Assembly: GCA_903994455.1 (NCBI GenBank)
Contig: CAJEXI010000018.1
Span: 120 to 64,119 of the forward strand
Direction of reading: 5' to 3'
Source of the DNA: an uncultured Chlorobiaceae bacterium
Lineage (GTDB): Bacteria; Bacteroidota; Chlorobiia; Chlorobiales; Chlorobiaceae
Length of the DNA: 64,000 nucleotides
Below, piece by piece: positions 31,901 to 44,474 of this stretch. The position numbers and the translations under genes were made by a program. The stretch's first letter is position 1. The number at the start of each line of letters is the position of its first letter. A model generated the notes under the pieces. The model was given only the letters and a program-made list of their open reading frames with translations. It was not told where the DNA came from and ran no database searches.

Positions 31901-34900
31901 GAACCGACCAGACTGTTGGTAGTGCTTATCTCTCCCACCGTGCCAGTGGCTCCATTTCCCCAGGTTACGGCTCCTGCATTGACCGCAGATCCCTTGTCCC
32001 ATGCCATGGAGGATACGACGTAGTTGCCATTGGTCAGGGCGATTATTCTGTTTGAGGCGGAGTTATCTGATCCTGCAAAGTCATTTTTAATTGAGCCCAC
32101 CAGACTGTTGGTGCTGCTTATTGTTCCGATGGTTCCCCCTTCACCGTTTCCCCAGGTCACAGCGCCTGCTTCGGTGGCCACCCCGTTGTCCCAATTGGGA
32201 GAGCCGACCACGTAGTTGCCGTTTGAGAGAGCTATTATGTTGTAGACTGAGCCGTCATTGGTGGCAGAACCTATAAGGCTGTTGGTTTCGCTTATCGACC
32301 CAACGGTGCCACCAACTCCGCTTCCCCAGGTGACAGCACCCACGTCAAGGGTCGTTCCATTGTCCCAATGTGGAGAGCCGACGACGTAATTGCCGTTTGT
32401 CAGAGCTGCCATGGTGTACGATATTCCATCATTGGCTGACGAACCAACCAGGCTGTTGGTTGTGCTTATCGTCCCTACCGTGCCGGTTGTCCCATCTCCC
32501 CAGGTGATGGCACCCGCATTAACCACCGTGCCATTGTCCCAATTGGGAGAGCCGACCAGGTAGTTTCCATTTGTCAGGGCCATCACCGTCGACGACAAAC
32601 CGTCACTGGCGGCTGAACCGGTCAAACTGTTTTCTGTACTCACCAATCCGACAGAGCCAGTTGCTCCATTACCCCAGGTGACTGCACCGACATCGATGGT
32701 GGTTCCATTATCCCATGCTGGTGAGTTTACAACGTAATTGCCATTGGCCAAGGCGGTTACCGATGCGCCAACCTTGTCATTGGCTTTAGAACCGACCAGA
32801 CTGTTGGTTGCACTTATCGTTCCGACCGTGCCACCAAGCCCATTTCCCCAGGTCACCGCGCCAGCATCGGTAGTGCTGCCATTCCAGAGAGGCGAATATA
32901 CGACGTAGTTTCCGTTCGTCAAGGCGACGACGCTGCCAACATTATCTCCACTCTTGGAACCGATAAGGCTGTTGGTTGCGCTAATTGCCCCAACGGTGCC
33001 GCCGGTTCCATTTCCCCAGGTTACTGCGCCAACGTTGGTTGTAGAACCATTGTCCCATGACAATGACGAGACCACGTAGTTCCCGTTTGTCAATGCGGTT
33101 ACTTTCGATGAAACGCCATCACCTGCTTTGGAACCGACCAGACTGTTGGCGGCGCTTATCACGCCAGTTGTACCAGTGGCTCCATTTCCCCAGGTTACGG
33201 CACCGACATCAAGAACAGCGCCATTATTCCAGGATGGCGAGTTAACGACATAGTTTCCGTTGGTGAGCGTTGTCAGAGTAGCAAGAGTTCCATCATTGAG
33301 TGCTGAACCGATAAGGCTGTTTGTTGCTGAGACGCTTCCATTGACACCCGTTGTTCCATCAATCCAGGTTACGGCACCGACACCTGCCACACCCGCGTTC
33401 GACCATTTTTGTGTTATGGTGACGGCGTTGTTGTTGCCGTTCAGAGTGGTCACTTTTTCGCCAACCAGGTCATTGGATGTCGAACCGCTCAGCATTGAAA
33501 GCAGTGTACCGTCCGGTTTATAGAGTCTGACCGCTCCGGCATCGGTTGCGACAAAATCGTCCAGGGGGCTGGCAACAATAATATTGCCGTTCAGGAGTTC
33601 GACAACGTTGCCGGAACCATGCTGGTCACCTTCTGCCGGATTGGCATCAGGTAACGAAATATGGGAGAAGAGAGAGGTTGTGGTATTGGCATCGATGGTG
33701 ATGTTCCTCGGATCGATCAGCAACACTCCGTTTTTGCCGTATGGTGAGGCCATGGTGATTTGGCCGCTCATGGCAAGGTTTTCATGTCCCGACACCTCAA
33801 CCTTTCCGCCATCGCCGCTCTTTGTTCCTCCTTTGGCCTCAATGGTGCCTGCAAAATCGGTTGACTGATCCGACCAGACCACCACAGTGCCGCCGTTGCC
33901 GTTGTCAAGAGCGTTGGCGTTCAGCTTGCTGCTCTTGGTGATAACGGTTGTTGTTGCGTTGGCAAGCGAGGCATCGTTGCCTTGCCAGCCACCACCAATG
34001 AGGATGCTGCCTCCTCCTGACGGGCCGTCGGCCTCAACGCGGGTGCCTGCGAGAAGCGTTTGTGGCGCTGTGATGGAGATTTGGCCCCCTTGTGTCGTGC
34101 TGCCACTTGTGCTGATGATACCGGAGAGGTAGAGGTTTTCACCTGCCTGGATGCTGATGTTGCCGCCACTGCCTCCGTCAGCCGTCATAAGGCTGGTGGC
34201 CGTTTGTTCGATGCTGCCTGTTGCATGAATGCTTATGGCACCACCTTTCTTGATACCGTCGGCATTCCATGTTCCGGAATCGACAAGATTTTTAGCGTTG
34301 GCGTTGATCACTGAAGAGGTGAGCGTGCCGGTGTTGATGATGGCACTTCCTTCGATGACGATTTTGCCATCGCGCTCTGTGATGCTGTTTGCTCGTATCT
34401 TGCCACTGTTATTCACCACCGAGCCAAGCAGTTCATTGGCGGCAGAAGCGCTTATAATGACAGCACCACCGTCAGCTTCGATCACTCCGTTGTTTGTGAT
34501 CCGGGCGTTATATGCAGCCTGGTCAACTTTAATGGAGACAAGGCCGCAGGCATCCAGACCAAGAGTAATGCCGGATCCTGCCGCAAGGCCGGTTGAGCCT
34601 TTGGTCGTGATAATGCTTCCCGTGTTCGTCAGATTGTTCCCGAGCAGGGCGATGAAGTCGCCGCTCAACTGACCCTGGTTTACAACGGATGCTGTTTTGC
34701 CGTTCTGAAAAAATGTGTATTTTCCGGCAAGGAAGTCGCTGTTGTTGATGTTGAGCGAAGAGGCCACCAGTCCACCGACGTTTACGGTTGCGCCGGGGGC
34801 AAAGAGCATGCCGTTCGGGTTGACCAGAAAGACCCTGCCGTTTGCGGTAAGTGCCCCGATAATTGATGAAGGATCATTGCCCAATACCCGGTTGAGCAGG

Positions 34901-35169
34901 GTGGACTGGTTCCCGGGTTGAGTAATGTTGACGGCTTCTCCCTTGCCGATACCGAAAGAGTTCCAGTTGATGATAGCATGGTTGCTCTCCTGCCCTATCA
35001 GCATTGTTGTCGGTGATGGTGTGCTGATGGCGGCCTGTCCTGCAGCGACTTGTCCGTCGGCAGGTAAAGCAAAACCTCTGCTTCCGGCAAGCAATGATTG
35101 TGTGACAACGACGGCCATCATAAAGGAATCCCTGGCGTTGAACCAGATAAGGCGAAAAGTGGTTTTCAT
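28984..35169 (-). CDS. Filamentous haemagglutinin-family exoprotein (TpsA) with DUF5650-type repeats, MBG repeats and a C-terminal Ig/cadherin-like domain
   Basis: INWNSF, NGRVFLVNPNG (TPS motif), GGKVEVSG, LLIDP; about 9 repeats of ALTNGNYVV.SP.WDNG...GAVTWGNG..G.IS..NSLVGS; K.YG..DP repeats; PSWMSFD..ISGTP. Confidence 0.9.
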   Translation of the reverse strand: MKTTFRLIWFNARDSFMMAVVVTQSLLAGSRGFALPADGQVAAGQAAISTPSPTTMLIGQESNHAIINWNSFGIGKGEAVNITQPGNQSTLLNRVLGNDPSSIIGALTANGRVFLVNPNGMLFAPGATVNVGGLVASSLNINNSDFLAGKYTFFQNGKTASVVNQGQLSGDFIALLGNNLTNTGSIITTKGSTGLAAGSGITLGLDACGLVSIKVDQAAYNARITNNGVIEADGGAVIISASAANELLGSVVNNSGKIRANSITERDGKIVIEGSAIINTGTLTSSVINANAKNLVDSGTWNADGIKKGGAISIHATGSIEQTATSLMTADGGSGGNISIQAGENLYLSGIISTSGSTTQGGQISITAPQTLLAGTRVEADGPSGGGSILIGGGWQGNDASLANATTTVITKSSKLNANALDNGNGGTVVVWSDQSTDFAGTIEAKGGTKSGDGGKVEVSGHENLAMSGQITMASPYGKNGVLLIDPRNITIDANTTTSLFSHISLPDANPAEGDQHGSGNVVELLNGNIIVASPLDDFVATDAGAVRLYKPDGTLLSMLSGSTSNDLVGEKVTTLNGNNNAVTITQKWSNAGVAGVGAVTWIDGTTGVNGSVSATNSLIGSALNDGTLATLTTLTNGNYVVNSPSWNNGAVLDVGAVTWGNGATGTTGVISAANSLVGSKAGDGVSSKVTALTNGNYVVSSLSWDNGSTTNVGAVTWGNGTGGTVGAISATNSLIGSKSGDNVGSVVALTNGNYVVYSPLWNGSTTDAGAVTWGNGLGGTVGTISATNSLVGSKANDKVGASVTALANGNYVVNSPAWDNGTTIDVGAVTWGNGATGSVGLVSTENSLTGSAASDGLSSTVMALTNGNYLVGSPNWDNGTVVNAGAITWGDGTTGTVGTISTTNSLVGSSANDGISYTMAALTNGNYVVGSPHWDNGTTLDVGAVTWGSGVGGTVGSISETNSLIGSATNDGSVYNIIALSNGNYVVGSPNWDNGVATEAGAVTWGNGEGGTIGTISSTNSLVGSIKNDFAGSDNSASNRIIALTNGNYVVSSMAWDKGSAVNAGAVTWGNGATGTVGEISTTNSLVGSKTGDQAGAITVALTNGSYVTGSSTMDNGSLSNAGSVTLGNGHGGLVGAVSTANSFMGSGKDDQLSSGGITPLTVGNMNGSFVVSSMNWSNNTGKVEILTPQTVQESLLQEGYSSNPGTDNTFTPNQMTMLLNAGDNVILKANNNITVNSAIITDNLLGHGGNLDLYAGQSILINASITTDNGNLTLVSNDTQANGVVDAWRSAGNAVITMAAGTSINAGTGNVTIDLRDGAGRTNNESGDITLRTISAGNISAVNNGTTAGSGITLASGTLAASATSGNSIVLAGKDFSNSAGVILATAGTARWLVYSANPGSTLKGMLTSNFRHYNATYTSYAPLNVSESGNGFIYTSVAGPLSVNTTLESGKASSYYGDQPDATYSYTLTGFADNEDNADNIGLTGAMMVSGAPTASSTTGNYTINYDSGLSSSSGFTFAAGNGLAYTVQPKPIDISADDQDKTYDENDPPLTWDAETQSNGRGLIAGDIFTGELARAPGENVGSYAITLNTLNNSNYAINYTGANLTINQRPITLSSKNASTIYGEVDAALEVTITDGSLGSVTVSDALSDVTGILSRQTGSNVGSYDINLGTGSKADNYNITFVTDNNAFSVTQRPVTVAASALSKTYGDSDPTLTWSAEEQSSGRGLLSGDSFSGELSRADGENVSNYAIAQNTLNNSNYQINYTGANLTINQRPMTLSATAAGTTYGEADPALGVTITSGSLGSVTVSDALSDITGILSRQTGSNVGSYDINLGSGSKASNYNITFVADNNAFLITKRPINISANALSKIYGDVDPMLTWQADAQSSGQQQALRMIQTFNAAEEIFVNPDYTSGMASQTSEPAQITPDLLAINDQNKGELSTTGSELAFASQSQNASSGGFTAGSPIEVPEPAEQFFAFSLPENMINHSNPEAVISLEVASVNGSSIPSWMSFDPERKVISGTPPKDAAGEYRVEIIARDQFGGEVLTVVLVKIG

Positions 35170-35481
35170 TGCAATAAATGTTAAAATTTCGGTCAGACTT
35201 TTATAAGCACATTAATACCTCATTATTGCGTCCCGTCTCTTTGTTGTATTTACGCAAATCGGACGTAAAATAAAAATAATAAAAATGAATTTATTTTGCT
35301 GATTGATTGCAATACCACAGAGAGTGAAATTTTTAAGGTTTGTGCAGGTTCAGGTGAGTACTTTTTCAGGCAAGGATGGATTTGCGTCAGCGGTTTTATA
35401 GCAGACACAATAATTTTCGATATATTGTCCCTTCAGTTCTCAGGAATTCTGTAATGCTGGTTAATTTCCCATTTAGATTCA

Positions 35482-36852
35482 ATGAAGCATATTGTTATTG
35501 TCGGTGGCGGATTTGCAGGACTCAATGTTGCCAAAGAGCTTGGTAACAAAAAGGAGATTAAGGTTACTCTGATCGACAAAAATAATTTTCATCTTTTTCA
35601 GCCCCTCCTCTACCAGGTTGCGATGGCTGCGCTCAATGCGGGTGAAATTGCCTATCCGTTGCGCATGATGCTTTCGAAGTATAAGAATATCTCTGTTTTC
35701 AAGGGAGTTGTAAAAACAGTTGATCCTTATAATAAAATAGTTTATACGGATTTTGGCGAAATAGAGTACGACAATTTGGTCATGACCTGCGGAACAAAGC
35801 ATCATTATTTTGGTCATAATGAATGGGAGGAGTTTGCCCCTGGTCTGAAAACTATTGCCCAGGCGGCTGAAATCCGCAGAAGGGTTATGGAGGCTTATGA
35901 AAATGCCGAACGTTCTCAGAATCCTGAAGAAAAAAGAAAGCTTCTGACGTTTGTTATTGTTGGTGGCGGTCCGACCGGTGTTGAACTTGCAGGTTCAATC
36001 GGGGAGATGAACCGTTACTATCTGTCGAAATATTTCAGGAATATTGATCCAAAAGAGATTCGGATTTTTATTGCTCAATCGGCTCCAGCTCTTCTTCATA
36101 CGTTTTCAGCGGAACTTTCGGCCAAGGCCACCCTTGCCCTCGAAAAGCTGGGTGTCCAGATCTTGACCTGCTGCAAGGTTACCAATATTGATGCTGATGG
36201 TGTTGAGATTGGCGATGAGAGAATTGAGGCAGGAACGGTGCTGTGGGCCGCTGGTGTCAGGGCGACGAGTATAGGGAAAACTATCGGCTTTTCTACTGAT
36301 CAGTCGGGGAGAATTATTGTTGCTGAAGATCTCAGTGTCCCCGGCTATCCCGATGTCTTTGTTGGCGGTGATCAGGCATGTTTTGCCCTGCAGGGCGGCG
36401 GAACACTTCCTGGGCTTGCCTCTGTTGCTCTTCAGGAAGGGCAGTCTATTGGAAGGAATATCATGCTTGATCTTCAGGGGAAACGCAGAAAGCCGTTTGT
36501 CTACAACGACAAGGGTCAGATGGCGACCATCGGTAAAAACTCGGCAATTGCCGAACGGGGTAATGTTAAACTTTCGGGACTGCCAGCCTGGATTATCTGG
36601 CTCGGGGTTCATATCTACTATCTCAGCAGCGTCAAGCACCGTTTATTTGTGCTCATGCAGTGGGGATGGTCATACTTTACCTTTGGGCATGGTGCCCGTA
36701 TTGTCAACAAAGAGTGGAGGTTTTACCCCAATCTTCCTGAACCAGCCGAACCGGCGGAGGTGGAGGAGCTGATCGCCGATAATGCGTGTGTTTTAAATTC
36801 GAACGATCTGGCGCTCAAAGGGAGCCTCGATAACCCGGCGAAAAGTTTCTGA
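35482..36852 (+). CDS. ndh: Type II NADH dehydrogenase
   Basis: VGGGFAG, FQPLLYQVA, VGGGPTGVELAG, WAAGV, GD, DKGQMATIG. Confidence 0.9.
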   Translation: MKHIVIVGGGFAGLNVAKELGNKKEIKVTLIDKNNFHLFQPLLYQVAMAALNAGEIAYPLRMMLSKYKNISVFKGVVKTVDPYNKIVYTDFGEIEYDNLVMTCGTKHHYFGHNEWEEFAPGLKTIAQAAEIRRRVMEAYENAERSQNPEEKRKLLTFVIVGGGPTGVELAGSIGEMNRYYLSKYFRNIDPKEIRIFIAQSAPALLHTFSAELSAKATLALEKLGVQILTCCKVTNIDADGVEIGDERIEAGTVLWAAGVRATSIGKTIGFSTDQSGRIIVAEDLSVPGYPDVFVGGDQACFALQGGGTLPGLASVALQEGQSIGRNIMLDLQGKRRKPFVYNDKGQMATIGKNSAIAERGNVKLSGLPAWIIWLGVHIYYLSSVKHRLFVLMQWGWSYFTFGHGARIVNKEWRFYPNLPEPAEPAEVEELIADNACVLNSNDLALKGSLDNPAKSF

Positions 36853-36882
36853 TGCCCAAGAGGGTTTGGATTATTCAACAGG

Positions 36883-38076
36883 TCAGGCACAAAACGTGTT
36901 GAGGATGCTTTGCCGATAAAGGTTGAGCCTTTGTCGGATCTCATCCAGATGGTCGCCACCGAGCTTTTCAAGGATTGCATTGGCGATAACCGGAGCAACA
37001 ACAGCTTCAGCAACGATTCCTGCAGCGGGAACTGCGCAGGTATCGCTCCGCTCAAAGCGTGAGGGAAGTGGCTGCAGGATTTTGATGTCGAACGAGTGCA
37101 GGGGAGTGAGTAGCGAGGAGATCGGTTTCATGGCAGCCCGCAGGTGAATGGTCTGACCGCTTGACATGCTTCCTTCAAGACCGCCTGCCCGGTTCGTTTT
37201 TCGGATCACACCACCCTCAGCGGAGAGGTGGAGTTCATCATGAACCTCTGAACCCGGCTTTCGGGCATTTTCAAAGGCTGTTCCTATTTCAACGCCTTTG
37301 ATGGCCTGAATAGAGAGGATCGCTGAGGCGAGTGCTGCATCAAGCCGACGGTCGTGCTGGACATAGCTGCCAAAGCCAACGGGAACGCCTGTGATAAAGA
37401 GTTCGATAATGCCGCCGAGGGTATCGCCTCTTTTTTTTGCCTCATCAATGGCGGCTACAGCGTCAGTTTCTGTTGTTTTGCTGAGCATCCGAACGGGGGA
37501 GAGGTCGGCCTGCCGTGAGAGTGCTTCGGCCCCTTTGCTGAGAAGTCCGGCAACCTGCACCATGGCAGAGGGTTCTTCCGCCGCTCCAATAGCCGAAATA
37601 TAGCTCCCGATTTCAATGCCAAGCGCCTTCAGAAACACTTTTGACAGTGCTCCTGCAGCCACCCTTGCAGCCGTCTCCCTGGCCGATGAGCGTTCAATAA
37701 CCGGACGAATATCGTCAAAACCGTACTTGATCAGCCCAGCCAGGTCGGCATGGCCAGGTCTTGGAATCGTGATTTTCGGAACCTTCTCATCGTTATTTTC
37801 AAACTGGGCCATGGAGGTGATCCAGTTTGCCCAGTCGCGGTTTTTGATCATGAGCGAGATGGGCGACCCAATGGTTTTCCCAAACCGGATGCCGGAGAGC
37901 ACTTCCGCCTGATCGGTCTCAATTTTCATCCGTCCGCCTCGTCCATATCCCTGCTGACGGCGGGTTAACTGATGGTTGATCTCTTCCAGGGTTATGGAGA
38001 TGCCTGCTGGTATTCCTTCAACTATTGCCGAAAGAGCTGGACCATGGGACTCGCCGGCAGTAAAGTATCGTATCAT
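36883..38076 (-). CDS. aroC: Chorismate synthase
   Basis: TAGESHG, PRPGHADL, RSSARETA, NRAGGLEG, MKPIS, ERSD. Confidence 0.96.
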   Translation of the reverse strand: MIRYFTAGESHGPALSAIVEGIPAGISITLEEINHQLTRRQQGYGRGGRMKIETDQAEVLSGIRFGKTIGSPISLMIKNRDWANWITSMAQFENNDEKVPKITIPRPGHADLAGLIKYGFDDIRPVIERSSARETAARVAAGALSKVFLKALGIEIGSYISAIGAAEEPSAMVQVAGLLSKGAEALSRQADLSPVRMLSKTTETDAVAAIDEAKKRGDTLGGIIELFITGVPVGFGSYVQHDRRLDAALASAILSIQAIKGVEIGTAFENARKPGSEVHDELHLSAEGGVIRKTNRAGGLEGSMSSGQTIHLRAAMKPISSLLTPLHSFDIKILQPLPSRFERSDTCAVPAAGIVAEAVVAPVIANAILEKLGGDHLDEIRQRLNLYRQSILNTFCA

Positions 38077-38094
38077 GTGTTCTAATGACAATGT

Positions 38095-38126
38095 CCGGCG
38101 GCCTGAGGGTGCCGCCGGTTTTTTTT
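38095..38126. terminator. GC-rich hairpin between hemB and aroC, with the T-tract on the + strand
   Basis: ccggcggc-ctgagggt-gccgccgg followed by a T-run on +, the opposite strand to the flanking genes. Confidence 0.5.
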
Positions 38127-38132
38127 CAATGC

Positions 38133-40332
<2,200 letters not shown>

Positions 40333-40339
40333 AATGGTG

Positions 40340-40759
40340 TTATTCAATTTCTATCAGGATATCACCCTGCATGACTGTGTCGCCGACTCCTACCTTCACG
40401 GTTTTGACCGTTCCGGATTTTTCTGCAAAAATATTGTTTTCCATTTTCATCGCTTCCAGTACCAAAATGGGCTCTTCGCGTCTTACCTTTGAACCGGGCT
40501 GGACCATGAGGGCAATAATAGTACCCGGCAGTGGTGCCTTGACGATGCTCAGCCCCGGGGTGTTGAGTTGCTGTGGCGGTTTCAATGGAGTAGGCGGGGT
40601 ATAGCGGACCAGTTTCGGGGTCTGCGGCCTTTTGATCTCCTGACCAAGCTGAATCTGATAGGAGGTGCCGTTCACTTCGATCTCGGCGTTGTTCTCCTCA
40701 AAGGATTTTATCTCGACATTGTAGCGGTTTCCGCTGATTGTGAATTTATATTTTCTCAT
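40340..40759 (-). CDS. Biotin carboxyl carrier subunit (MmdC-like)
   Basis: KAPLPG, LEAMKMEN biotinylation motif. Confidence 0.92.
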   Translation of the reverse strand: MRKYKFTISGNRYNVEIKSFEENNAEIEVNGTSYQIQLGQEIKRPQTPKLVRYTPPTPLKPPQQLNTPGLSIVKAPLPGTIIALMVQPGSKVRREEPILVLEAMKMENNIFAEKSGTVKTVKVGVGDTVMQGDILIEIE

Positions 40760-41136
40760 CCTTGAAACCCTTTGAAATTAATGACATTGTAAATTTTTGA
40801 ATTCCAGGGTGAGTAGCTTTTGCCAACCTTCCTGATGGTCAGAATTGCTGTCTCCTGATCGTGAAGCTCATCAAGATAGAGCGAAATGGCCATACCGATG
40901 GCTGCGCTGACCTCTCCGGGAATCGTGTTTCCTGCAAGAGCTTTTTTGGTCTCGTCACCCTCATTGTCAAAGGTTCTTCTGACATTCCAGAAGAGGATCT
41001 TCGGTACTACGCTGAAGAGTAGCGCAAGCAGGAAGAATGACAGAAAGACGACACTGTATCCTGTGACAGCCAATGCCAGATGTTGACTCTGGATCGCAGA
41101 GAGATTGACCGGAAAATAGTGAATGATCGATGGCAT
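40756..41136 (-). CDS. OadG/MmdD-family membrane anchor subunit
   Basis: GYSVVF hydrophobic helix, EVSAAI.MAI, HD.E..LTI, YSPWNSKIY. Confidence 0.85.
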   Translation of the reverse strand: MPSIIHYFPVNLSAIQSQHLALAVTGYSVVFLSFFLLALLFSVVPKILFWNVRRTFDNEGDETKKALAGNTIPGEVSAAIGMAISLYLDELHDQETAILTIRKVGKSYSPWNSKIYNVINFKGFQG

Positions 41137-41152
41137 AGATTTGTTTTTCCGT

Positions 41153-42733
41153 TTACAATGGTATGGTCGAGTGCTTTTTGGGAGGATTGTTATCTTTTTT
41201 GGTCAAAAGCGTTTGCAGGGCGCGAATGATCCTGAAACGGGTATTGCGCGGTTCAATAATATCGTCGATATAGCCGAATTTTGCTGCCTCATAGGGATTG
41301 GAGAATTTTTCACGATACTCTGCTGCATTTTCAGCAACAAACCTGGCGCGTTCTTCCAGATCTTCGATGGCATTCAGATCCCTGTTGAAGAGTACCTCAA
41401 TAGCACCTATCGGGCCCATAACCGCAATTTCGGCTGTTGGCCATGCATAGTTGACATCACCGCGCAGTTGCTTGGAACTCATGACGATGTAGGCTCCACC
41501 ATAGGCTTTGCGCAGGATAATGGTGATCTTTGGCACCGTGGCCTCTGCATAAGCGAAAATCAGTTTGGCACCGTTGGTAATAATGCCGTCAAACTCCTGC
41601 GCACTGCCGGGAAGGAAGCCGGGAACGTCGACAAGGGTGACGAGGGGAATATTGAAAGCGTCGCAGAATCGGACAAACCTTGCTGCCTTGCACGATGCGT
41701 TGATATCCAGACAACCGGCAAGGTAGTTGGGCTGGTTGGCGACAATACCGGTTGAGATGCCATTGAAGGTGACAAAGCCGACAACAATGTTTCTTGCATA
41801 TTGACGCTGTACTTCGAGGAACTCGCCGTTATCGGCAATCGAATAGATAATATCCTTGACATCGTAGGGGATGGAAGGCTTTTCAGGGATGATGGAGTTC
41901 AGCTTGTCGTCAAGGCGGTCGGCCGGATCGTCACAGACAGCAAGAGGTGGTTCTTCAAGATTATTCTGCGGAAGATAACTGAGCAGCTTCTTGATCAGCA
42001 GGATTCCTTCGGTTTCGTCCGCGCCGACAAAATGGGTGACTCCTGATTTTGTAGCATGAACCGATGCGCCTCCAAGATCTTCGTCAGTTATGGTCTCTCC
42101 GGTAACGGTCTTCACAACTTTCGGGCCGGTGACAAACATGTGGCTCGTTTTTTCAACCATGACCACGAAATCAGTCAGCGCAGGGGAGTAGACAGCACCG
42201 CCCGCACACGGGCCGAAAATGGCCGATATCTGGGGAATGACCCCCGAAGCCATGACGTTTCTCTGGAAAATACTTGCATAGCCGGAAAGACTGCGAACGC
42301 CCTCCTGAATTCTTGCGCCGCCGCTGTCGTTGATGCCGATGAAGGGTGCGCCAACTTTCATGGCCTGATCCATCACCTTGCAGATTTTCAGCGCGTTGGT
42401 TTCTGACAGTGAACCGCCGAGAACGGTAAAATCCTGGGAGAAGAGATAGACAAGACGTCCGTCGATGGTCCCGTGGCCAGTAATGACTCCGTCTGAAAGA
42501 AAGTTTTGCTTGTCAAGGCCAAAATCAGTTGTCCGATGCGTGACAAACATATCGTACTCTTCAAAACTGCCTTCGTCAAGCAGCAAATTGAGGCGTTCAC
42601 GAGCCGTAAACTTGCCTTTTTTATGTTGTGAATCTATGCGCTTTTGTCCGCCTCCGAGGCGAGCTTTGTCGCGTTCCGCAATCAAGCGTTTCATTGTTTT
42701 TTGACGATTTTGATTAACTAACTTGCCGGGCAA
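41153..42733 (-). CDS. Acyl-CoA carboxyltransferase (methylmalonyl-CoA decarboxylase alpha / PccB-like)
   Basis: [60 protein letters not shown]. The start may be 42694. Confidence 0.93.
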   Translation of the reverse strand: MPGKLVNQNRQKTMKRLIAERDKARLGGGQKRIDSQHKKGKFTARERLNLLLDEGSFEEYDMFVTHRTTDFGLDKQNFLSDGVITGHGTIDGRLVYLFSQDFTVLGGSLSETNALKICKVMDQAMKVGAPFIGINDSGGARIQEGVRSLSGYASIFQRNVMASGVIPQISAIFGPCAGGAVYSPALTDFVVMVEKTSHMFVTGPKVVKTVTGETITDEDLGGASVHATKSGVTHFVGADETEGILLIKKLLSYLPQNNLEEPPLAVCDDPADRLDDKLNSIIPEKPSIPYDVKDIIYSIADNGEFLEVQRQYARNIVVGFVTFNGISTGIVANQPNYLAGCLDINASCKAARFVRFCDAFNIPLVTLVDVPGFLPGSAQEFDGIITNGAKLIFAYAEATVPKITIILRKAYGGAYIVMSSKQLRGDVNYAWPTAEIAVMGPIGAIEVLFNRDLNAIEDLEERARFVAENAAEYREKFSNPYEAAKFGYIDDIIEPRNTRFRIIRALQTLLTKKDNNPPKKHSTIPL

Positions 42734-42962
42734 CAGTGTCTTGTCTGAACAGCATTAATTTGTGAGCCATGTGCTGCCCCGGTTATGCAGGAATGCGGTC
42801 TATGCTGCTTCTGGGCCTTATTTCTGAGGCTTTTCTCCCTGTTTTGCTTTTGTTTGTGCTGAATATTGGAAAAAAAAAGGGAATAACCGCAGTTGTCGCT
42901 ATTCTGTTCTGAATAATGTTATATTTTGTTTCGTTATAAAGTCAAAAGAAAGTAAAATTATC

Positions 42963-43727
42963 ATGAATCCTGATCTTCAGCTTGCCGTTGAAATGGCCGA
43001 ACAGGCTGGCCGATTAACTCTTGCCTATTTTTCCCGTAAATCCCTGCAAATCTTCACTAAACGAGATGCGACTCCTGTTACCGATGCGGACAGGAAAGCC
43101 GAAGAGCTCATGAGCAGTGCCATCTTGTCACATCATCCTCAAGATGGAGTGCTTGGTGAAGAATTTGAAGAGCGCCCCTCCATGAATGGCCGTCGATGGA
43201 TTATTGATCCCATTGATGGCACCAAGGCTTTTATTCACGGGGTTCCCCTTTATGGCGTTATGATTGCGCTTGAGGTTGACGGGGTTGTGCAGCTTGGAGT
43301 TATCAATTTTCCGGCACTTGGTGATCTCTATTATGCTGAACGGGGATGTGGAGCTTTTCTCAACGGTTCACCCATAACGGTCTCTTCCGTTGCAAACATT
43401 GCAGAAGCAACAGTGCTCTTCACTGACAAGGAGTACCTGCTTGATTCGGTCACCCAGCATCCTGTGGATATGCTACGCCAGCAAGCTGGACTTGTGCGCG
43501 GATGGGGCGACTGTTACGGTCACATGCTGGTTGCGTCAGGCCGCGCCGAAGTTTCGGTCGATAAAATCATGAGCCCGTGGGACTGTGCCGCTCTCATACC
43601 TATAGTGACTGAGGCTGGAGGGTGTTGTTTCGACTACAGGGGAGTGACAACAATATCAGGGCAAGGACTTGTCAGTGCAAACAAGGCAATTGGCACTGCG
43701 CTGCTTGCATCAATTGAAAAGAGATAA
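42963..43727 (+). CDS. hisN: Histidinol-phosphatase (inositol monophosphatase family)
   Basis: K.D.TPVT.ADR.AE, GEE, WIIDPIDGT, RGWGDCYG, WDCAAL. Confidence 0.85.
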   Translation: MNPDLQLAVEMAEQAGRLTLAYFSRKSLQIFTKRDATPVTDADRKAEELMSSAILSHHPQDGVLGEEFEERPSMNGRRWIIDPIDGTKAFIHGVPLYGVMIALEVDGVVQLGVINFPALGDLYYAERGCGAFLNGSPITVSSVANIAEATVLFTDKEYLLDSVTQHPVDMLRQQAGLVRGWGDCYGHMLVASGRAEVSVDKIMSPWDCAALIPIVTEAGGCCFDYRGVTTISGQGLVSANKAIGTALLASIEKR

Positions 43728-43730
43728 TGA

Positions 43731-44474
43731 TCAAGAGTTCATTGCTTCCGCTATCGCCTTTGCAAACCCTGGCGCGTTGAATGATTCGGGGATGATGTCT
43801 ACCTGAAGACCAAGTTTCTTCAGGGCGGCAGCGGTTGTGGTTCCTATGGCGGCAACTTTTACGCCTTCAGGAATTGCGGTTGTTCCCATAGCCTCAAAAA
43901 AATTGACAGCCGTCGAAGGACTGGTAAAGGAGAGGCAGGAAAGCTCACCTCGCTCAAGCAGCGCTTTTATTTTTGTGCTCTCTTCAAGCGATGGCGGCAG
44001 ATTTTCGTAAACGGTCAACTCCGTGCAGGTTCCTCCCCGTTTGTTGATCACCTCCGGAATGGTTCCCAAAGAGAGGCTGCCTCTGAGAAAAAGAAAGCTA
44101 CGACCACTTATGGTGCCGGTATCGATCTCCTCCATCAGGGTGACGGCATCAGCAATTTTCGGTAGTGGTTCGGTTGTTACTCCGTGTGCCGCAAGATCAG
44201 AAGAGGTCGTTTTGCCTACAGCCCATACCTTGAGCTTTTGAAGGGCTTTCAGCTCATCAGGGCTCTCTTTCAGCAGCCTCTTCATAAAAAAGCTGACGCT
44301 GTTGGGGCTGGTGAAAAAAACTCCATCAAAGTGGCTGAGGTGGGGAACCTTCCAGCCGGAGACCGGTCTGATCTCGATTGTCGGAAAAACAATCGAATTC
44401 AGACCGTACTCTTCCAGTTTTTGTACAAATGATGCTGCCTGATCTTTCGGGCGGGTAACAAGAACGGTTTTCAT
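43731..44474 (-). CDS. hemD: Uroporphyrinogen-III synthase
   Basis: VLVTRP, FTSPNSV, AVG..T, VYE, FTSPSTA, AIG.TT. Confidence 0.92.
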   Translation of the reverse strand: MKTVLVTRPKDQAASFVQKLEEYGLNSIVFPTIEIRPVSGWKVPHLSHFDGVFFTSPNSVSFFMKRLLKESPDELKALQKLKVWAVGKTTSSDLAAHGVTTEPLPKIADAVTLMEEIDTGTISGRSFLFLRGSLSLGTIPEVINKRGGTCTELTVYENLPPSLEESTKIKALLERGELSCLSFTSPSTAVNFFEAMGTTAIPEGVKVAAIGTTTAAALKKLGLQVDIIPESFNAPGFAKAIAEAMNS

